From an uncultured Phycisphaerales bacterium (GTDB taxonomy: Bacteria; Planctomycetota; Phycisphaerae; Sedimentisphaerales; Anaerobacaceae), in NCBI GenBank assembly GCA_963718665.1, contig OY970359.1, positions 1,440,001 to 1,504,000 of the forward strand: a stretch of 64,000 nucleotides of DNA, in the 5' to 3' direction. Shown here piece by piece: positions 57,743 through 64,000 of this stretch (positions within the stretch are counted from its first letter, which is position 1; every line of letters starts with the position of its first letter). The notes beneath the pieces were generated by a model. It had not been told where the DNA came from. It saw nothing but the letters and a program-made list of their open reading frames with translations, and did no database searches. Both the position numbers and the translations under genes were made by a program.

Positions 57743-59677
57743 ATGAAGAAGACAGAGGAAGTATTCGGTACCGGACTTACTTTGGCATTTTATAAAGTTA
57801 TTATTGCGTGCGCACTTCTTTGTGCGGTCTCTTTGCTTTATGCCGCACCATCACCATTGCACGTGGAAGGCAACAAAATTAAAGATGCCGAGGGGCATAT
57901 TATTGTTCTTCGAGGCGTTTGTGCGCCTGATATTGGTGCGTTAAAAGAGTTATATGGCATACATGATTATATTGACCGCATTACAAACCCCGACGACCCC
58001 AACGGCACTTCGCCGGGATGGTACACAAGAGTTATAAAATACTTTGTTATCCCCAGTGATTCAGATGTAACCGGCAGTCCTCTTACATTTGACCCCTGCA
58101 ACCTCTCCGACCCAAATAACGAAGCTATATATGAAGCCCTCAAGGACGCCGTTGATTACGGGGCCGAGAAGGGCGTCTATTCGATTATCTGCCCGGATTA
58201 TCATAAAGGGATTAACGATGAGGTTGCCGAGACAAATGCGTTCTGGGGTTATATAGCACCGAGATTTGCCAACGACGGCAATGTCCTCTTTGAGCTTTTC
58301 AATGAGCCGACCGATGGCACCGGCAACTGGGGTATTATCCAACCTATAATGCAGGCGTGGGTTAATACTGTGCGGACTTCAGCGACGGATAATCTTATTC
58401 TTGTAACCGGCGGGTGCTGGGCTCAGCAGATTCAGCCGGCGGTTACTAATCCCGTTATCGGCGACAATATCGTTTATGATTTACACTGCTTTGGTCTTAC
58501 CTGGAGAACATCGGCTGATTCCTGGATTAAGCCGCAAATAGATACTGTGTCTCCTGTCTATCCGGTTTTAGTAACCGCATGGGGGTATGAGCCGAACTCT
58601 GACCCTTGCGTATATAGTACGCAATGGTCATGCGGCTCGGCTTCCGATTTTGGCCAGCCATTCCTTGATTATCTTGAAGGTCTTGGAATCGGCAGTGTCG
58701 CTTATTCGGCGTCTTATAGCTGGAACCCGTCGATGTTTGACTCAAACTGGCAGCTTCTTTGCGGCGATTATATGGGTTGTTTTGTGAAGGACTGGCTTTA
58801 TGAAAAAAGAGACGCCGAGCGGTTTTCAACTATGACAGTCACCAAATGCACAATTACGGCCGGCAAAACCCAGGGACAGGACTCATTTGCCTTCTCCGGA
58901 ACATTCAGCAACATTCCGATAGATTTCAGCCAGGCGGCCAGCATAGATGTAAACATTATTTCATTGACTGATGGAAATCAAGTTTACTACCAGGGTATCG
59001 AGTGCAATTCTTCTCCGTATGTAAAGAATGGCAAGTTTGGGTACACATATAAAATTCCCAAAGGCCAACCAGGCGCAATCACTTCATTGACGATAGACCC
59101 GAGTAAAAGGAAATTTGCCATGACAGCTAATAATGTTGACCTGACAGGCCTTTCCTGCCCCGTGTATTTGGAAATGGCGATGGGTTATTATACTCTGACG
59201 GGCGATGTCAACGAGACAATAGTTAACGGCAAAAGTGCCCTGATTCCTACCCGCCTTATGAGAACGTATAAAGACACGCTCGTTGTAAGCAATGCAAGCG
59301 CCAAGAAGGGCACCAAGCCGTCTTCTGATTCGCTGTCAGCCAAAGGAGACCTTGCGGTAGAAGATATTAGCGTCAACCTGTGCAATGAGGACGTCAACTT
59401 TATATGGGGCGACCAGGTATTCAGAGTTCCACAGGGCAAATTTACTATCTCCAAGACCGGGCATTTATATAAATGCAGTAAAGTTGTCGCAGACACCAGC
59501 AACGGCAACGCGGGCCTTGTAACGGCGAGCATAGATATCGACAACGCCACATTTGCCGTGTCGGTAAGCGCGGCCAATTCACTTGATGTCACATCGGATT
59601 ATATAGCTTTCGGCGTAAACTTCGGCGATTTCAACGAAGTAGTTAATGTTAATCGCGTTACGAAGCGTTCGTACTAA
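57743..59677 (+). CDS. Secreted GH5-family protein lacking the nucleophile Glu + shared C-terminal region
   Basis: LHVEGN.IKD..G..IVLRGV, FELFNEP; PVLVTAWG where the paralog has PVIMGEWG. Confidence 0.85.
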   Translation: MKKTEEVFGTGLTLAFYKVIIACALLCAVSLLYAAPSPLHVEGNKIKDAEGHIIVLRGVCAPDIGALKELYGIHDYIDRITNPDDPNGTSPGWYTRVIKYFVIPSDSDVTGSPLTFDPCNLSDPNNEAIYEALKDAVDYGAEKGVYSIICPDYHKGINDEVAETNAFWGYIAPRFANDGNVLFELFNEPTDGTGNWGIIQPIMQAWVNTVRTSATDNLILVTGGCWAQQIQPAVTNPVIGDNIVYDLHCFGLTWRTSADSWIKPQIDTVSPVYPVLVTAWGYEPNSDPCVYSTQWSCGSASDFGQPFLDYLEGLGIGSVAYSASYSWNPSMFDSNWQLLCGDYMGCFVKDWLYEKRDAERFSTMTVTKCTITAGKTQGQDSFAFSGTFSNIPIDFSQAASIDVNIISLTDGNQVYYQGIECNSSPYVKNGKFGYTYKIPKGQPGAITSLTIDPSKRKFAMTANNVDLTGLSCPVYLEMAMGYYTLTGDVNETIVNGKSALIPTRLMRTYKDTLVVSNASAKKGTKPSSDSLSAKGDLAVEDISVNLCNEDVNFIWGDQVFRVPQGKFTISKTGHLYKCSKVVADTSNGNAGLVTASIDIDNATFAVSVSAANSLDVTSDYIAFGVNFGDFNEVVNVNRVTKRSY

Positions 59678-59750
59678 AGGTGTCCGTCCGCGGGGGATAA
59701 TCCTTGACGGTTTTTGAAAAGAATGCGCCTTGAATTTTAGGGGTTATAGA

Positions 59751-61718
59751 ATGCTATCTAAGATAGAGAGGAAGTGCTTTGTGGGATGTTCTGCCGGATA
59801 TGTTCACGCTGCGTTTAAAAAATTTGCCATAGTATTTATATTTCTTTGTGTGGTCATGCCGCTATATGCCGTCCCTCCGCGGTTACACGTGGACGGCAAT
59901 AAAGTCAAAGACCCCAATGGAAACATTGTTATCCTCAGAGGCGTTGCCATGATGGACCTCGGCTCTCTCGAAGATTGGCAGGGCGGCGCACTAAATATGA
60001 TTGATCGTATAACAGATTTGAACGATTCTAATGGCAATTCTCCCGGCTGGTACACAAAGATAATCAGAATTGTGATTGCCCCGCCTGATTCGGAAAGCGG
60101 CTGGCCGTATCCCTTCAACCCGGACAATAACGACTTGTATAATCTTCTCAGAACAGTTGTTGATTACTGCGCTGAGAAGGAAGTTTACGCGGTCATTGAC
60201 TGGCACTATGTCGCAAATACTTATGACCACGTTGCGTCAACGAGCGAGTTCTGGCAGTATATGGCGCCGAGATTCGCCAACGATTCCCACGTTATTTTTG
60301 AACTTTTTAACGAACCGATTAATCAGGTAGGTTCCGATGCGGCCGACTGGAACAACGTCAAATCTGATATGGAGACATGGATTGGTATTGTGCGAGCATC
60401 AGCGCCTGACAATCTCATTTTTGTCGGCACGCCACGGTGGTGTCAGATTATTGGGCCGACAGCCACCGACCCTGTAGGCGATGTCAACGTAGTTTATGTT
60501 TCCCACATCTACCCAACTCATTGGCTTTCCAGCGGCAATTCGTACTACGTAAGCACTATTACTGCCGCCGCCGCAGTTCATCCGGTCATAATGGGCGAAT
60601 GGGGGTTCGAGTCATCGTCGGACCCGAACGATTATATAACTAATGGGACGATTTCCAATTATGGCGAGCCGCTGAAAGAATTTGTTGAGGGAATTGGCAT
60701 CGGGAATATCGCCTGGGTTGCCAGTTACAGCTGGGGTCCGCCGATGTTTAGTTATGATTCGAACACCGGGGTTTGGACGCTTCGGGTCGGCCCCGGCGAA
60801 ATGGGCGGTTTTACGAAGGACTGGCTTTATGAGGCAAGCGGCGTTACGCAGAACATCGATTTGAATATCACCAATTGTAAAGTTACAGCCGGCAAAACCC
60901 AGGCAGTGAGTGATACCGATTACAGTAACATGACGGATGCCTTTACGGCATCGGGAACAATGGCGTCATCGCCGCTGGCGCTGTCCAGTGTTACTCAGAT
61001 AGACATCAATATCGTATCACTGGCGGATGGCAACATTATTAACCACGAAACTATCAGTTTCGACCCCAGCAAGATAGTTAAAAACAATTACAAATATACT
61101 CCTCCCAAAGGCACCAACAGAGGTATTACTTCATTAACAATGAATTTCAGCAACAAGACCTTTACAATAAAAATGAATAACATAGACCTGACCGGCCTGG
61201 GCTGTCCCCTGCGGCTGGATATCACTATGGGTAACTATATTCTGGCAGGTGATGCCGACGAGACGGTAGTCAACGGTCCAAAGCAGTTAATCCCAACGCG
61301 CCTTATGAGGTTGTATAACGACAAAGTTGTCGTAAACAAGGCCAAGGCCAAAAATGGCAGCAAAGCGTCATCCGGCACGCTGGCCGTTACTGGAAATATT
61401 GCGGTGAGAGACACAAGTGTTAACCTGTGCAATGAGGACGTTAACTTTATATGGGGCGACCAGGTATTCAGAGTTCCACAGGGCGGATTTACCGCCTTTA
61501 AGACAGGGCATTTATATAAATGCAGTAAAGCTGCTGCTGACGCCAGCGGCAACGCAGGATTTGTTACGGCACAGGTGGATATAGATAAGGCGACATTTAC
61601 GTTATCGGTAAATGGCGCTAATGCGATTGATACGTCTGGTTCCATACTGTTCGGCATCAGCTTTGCCGATTTCAATGAAACAGTGCCTGTTAACAGCGTT
61701 ACCGGTCGTTCCTGGTAA
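59751..61718 (+). CDS. Secreted GH5 glycoside hydrolase (cellulase family) + shared C-terminal region
   Basis: IDWH, FELFNEP, HIY, GEWG, IAW: all catalytic-site motifs intact. Confidence 0.9.
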   Translation: MLSKIERKCFVGCSAGYVHAAFKKFAIVFIFLCVVMPLYAVPPRLHVDGNKVKDPNGNIVILRGVAMMDLGSLEDWQGGALNMIDRITDLNDSNGNSPGWYTKIIRIVIAPPDSESGWPYPFNPDNNDLYNLLRTVVDYCAEKEVYAVIDWHYVANTYDHVASTSEFWQYMAPRFANDSHVIFELFNEPINQVGSDAADWNNVKSDMETWIGIVRASAPDNLIFVGTPRWCQIIGPTATDPVGDVNVVYVSHIYPTHWLSSGNSYYVSTITAAAAVHPVIMGEWGFESSSDPNDYITNGTISNYGEPLKEFVEGIGIGNIAWVASYSWGPPMFSYDSNTGVWTLRVGPGEMGGFTKDWLYEASGVTQNIDLNITNCKVTAGKTQAVSDTDYSNMTDAFTASGTMASSPLALSSVTQIDINIVSLADGNIINHETISFDPSKIVKNNYKYTPPKGTNRGITSLTMNFSNKTFTIKMNNIDLTGLGCPLRLDITMGNYILAGDADETVVNGPKQLIPTRLMRLYNDKVVVNKAKAKNGSKASSGTLAVTGNIAVRDTSVNLCNEDVNFIWGDQVFRVPQGGFTAFKTGHLYKCSKAAADASGNAGFVTAQVDIDKATFTLSVNGANAIDTSGSILFGISFADFNETVPVNSVTGRSW

Positions 61719-61825
61719 GCAAGCCGGAATACCGGTAAGAAACAAATGACCTGCGTTTTAAATTAAAAATTTAATGCTGCCGGTTTTTTACGAGTGCAGG
61801 TATTACGCCCGGCCCCCAAAAGAGT

Positions 61826-64000
61826 TTATTGTCGAGCATTCTCGCCGTTAGCGGTACTCTGTTCTCTTTTGAACCATGTGCGGGTCTTTTTCTGCAGCGA
61901 TTCCATATATAGATAAAACACAGGCGTGACATAAAGCGTAATACTTTGTGAGAACAGCAAACCACCGACTACTGCAAGACCCAGCGGTCTTCGCGATTCA
62001 GCGCTGCGCCGAGCCCGATAGCGATAGGAAGGCCCGCCATAAGAGCCGCCATTGTCGTCATCATAATGGGCCTGAAACGGATGATGCTTGCCTCGACTAT
62101 TGCATCATAGGGGCTTTTCCCTCTATGTTGCGCCTCGATGGCGAAATCTATCATCATTATACCGTTCTTTTTCACAAGTCCGACGAGCATTATTATGCCT
62201 ACAAACGCGTATATCGAGAGTTCTTCGCCGAAAATTATCAGCGTAATCAGCGCCCCGAAACCCGCGAACGGAAGGGCCGACAATATCGTCAGCGGGTGAA
62301 TGAAGCTCTCATACAAAATCCCCAGGACAAGGTAAATTACCAGTATGGCAAGCGCCAGCAGAAGCCCAAGGCCTCGCATCGATGCCGCGAACGCCTGCGC
62401 CGTTCCCTGGAAGCTTGCCGTCATCGTATCAGGCAGGGTATCTTTTGCCAGGCGGTTTATCGCATCGACCGCGTTTCCAAGAGGAAAATTCGGCGGGAGA
62501 TTGAACGAGATTGTTACGGCGGGTGATTGTCCCTGGTGATTTACGCTCAACGGCCCTACGCCGTTGGTCAGGTTGGCCACGGCGTTCAACGGGACGAGCT
62601 GTCCGCTGTTCGACCTTATATAAAGCATACCCAGCGAGGCGGGGTTAAGCTGGTATTTCGGCTCAAGCTCCAGTATGACCTCGTACTCGTTGGTCGATGT
62701 CAGTATTGTTGATATCTGGCGTGTGCCGTAGGCGGAATACAAGGCGTCTTCTATTTGCTGGGCTGTTACGCCCAAACTCGATGCCTTGTCCCTGTCTATA
62801 TCAATATTAACCTGCGGATTTTTTATCTGCAAGTCACTGGTGACGTCAAGTAAGCCGGGCATTTGTCTTATCTTCTGCTCCATTATCCCGGCGTATTTGT
62901 ATAGCTCGTCCAGATTATAGCTTTGCAGTGTATATTGATACTGGCTCTTCGACAATCTTCCGCCAAGCTGAATAGACGGCGGGTTCTGCAGGTAAACCCT
63001 CATTCCCGGTATACCGTTCAGCAGGCCGCGCCATTTCTGGATAAGCTGGTCGGCGGAAAGCTTGCGTTCGGACTTTGGCTTCAGCCGGACAAACACCACG
63101 CCCAGGTTGCCCCCGCCTCTGCCGACGCTTGACATAAATGAACCTATTTCCGGCTCTTTTTGTAAAATGGTGTTTATCGCCCTTTGATGTTCCATCATCG
63201 AGTCGAACGAGATTCCCTCTATTCCTTCAGTAAACCCGAATATCTGTGCGCGGTCCTCGCTGGGTAAAAAACCTTTGGGGATGGCCACGAACAGATAAAA
63301 TGTCGCCGCCAGAATAATCGCCGAAAAAACCATCGTGCCGCGTTTGTGCTGAAGGACCCATATCAGGGTTCGTTCGTAAAACGTGACCATTTTGTTATAT
63401 AATATTTCTGTAAACGCATAAGCCCGGCCGTGCTTGACAGTTTCAGGTTTTCTCAAAAATCTGCTCGATAACATTGGTGTCAAACTAAGTGCGATAAACC
63501 CGGACGCCAGTACGGCCACTCCGATTGTTACGGAAAATTCCCTGAACAGCCGTCCTATCAGGCCGGGCATGAAAACAATCGGGATGAAGACAGCGCTTAG
63601 CGACAGCGTCATGCTTATAATAGTAAACGCAATTTCCTTCGCCCCGTCCACGGCCGCTTTGATTGCGCTTTTGCCCATTTCCATGTGCCGGAATATGTTT
63701 TCCAGCATAACAATCGCGTCATCGACCACAAACCCGACCGACAAAGTAAGCGCCATCAACGACAGGTTGTTTAAGCTGAATCCTCCAATATACATTATGG
63801 CAAAAGTCGCGACTATCGACATCGGCAGCGTCAAGCTTGGTATTACCGTTGCCGACACATTCCGCAGGAAAAGGAATATTACCAGAACTACCAGTATCAG
63901 CGTCAAAATAAGCGTAAATTCGACGTCCTTGACCGATTCTCTGATAAACATCGACCTGTCAAAAAGAATGTCCAGCGAAACCGACGCAGGCATCTGCTGC
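61826..64000 (-). CDS. RND efflux permease (AcrB/MdtBC family), C-terminal part; apparent frameshift near 62004
   Basis: GFVVDDAIVMLEN, LTPML, YESFIHP, KKNGIMMIDFA, RFRPIMMTT; restoring one G gives GAESRRPLGLAVVGGL...YVTPV and a stop at 61826. Confidence 0.93.

Overview
A 64-kb bacterial chromosomal window. Gene content (BlaI/M56 pair, Hanks-type Ser/Thr kinase, PilT plus degenerate PilB, exosortase system) suggests an anaerobic planctomycete of the Phycisphaerae/Sedimentisphaerales type; this taxonomy is inference. The backbone is housekeeping: gcvT-H-PA-PB, thiE, dapA, hisI, hpf-PTS IIA-HPr-EI, RNase E/G, kdsD, acyl-CoA dehydrogenase-etfAB, EF-G paralog, tRNA-Thr(CGT), larE, pdxJ, pgsA, and partial TolC and RND genes at the ends. 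Three visibly AT-rich inserts interrupt it: a small-gene islet (6.5-8.4 kb), a nucleoside-deoxyribosyltransferase plus HD dNTPase pair (15.3-17.1 kb), and a 2TM-STAND-TPR NLR-like gene (33.7-36.6 kb). The last two are candidate anti-phage systems and each lies beside an HNH-AP2 gene. Main observations: (1) a 59-bp TIR element with a 4-bp target duplication inserted in frame (63 bp, 21 aa) into two unrelated proteins and open in 4 of 6 frames; (2) three tandem secreted proteins sharing an unrecognised C-terminal region, including a GH5 that lacks its nucleophile; (3) all six apparent frameshifts fall at GCGC, pointing to a methylation-linked sequencing artefact rather than pseudogenes; (4) a recurrent TAACT-N15-AGTTA intergenic motif and a possible oriC. 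All calls come from reading motifs by eye; no searches were run.
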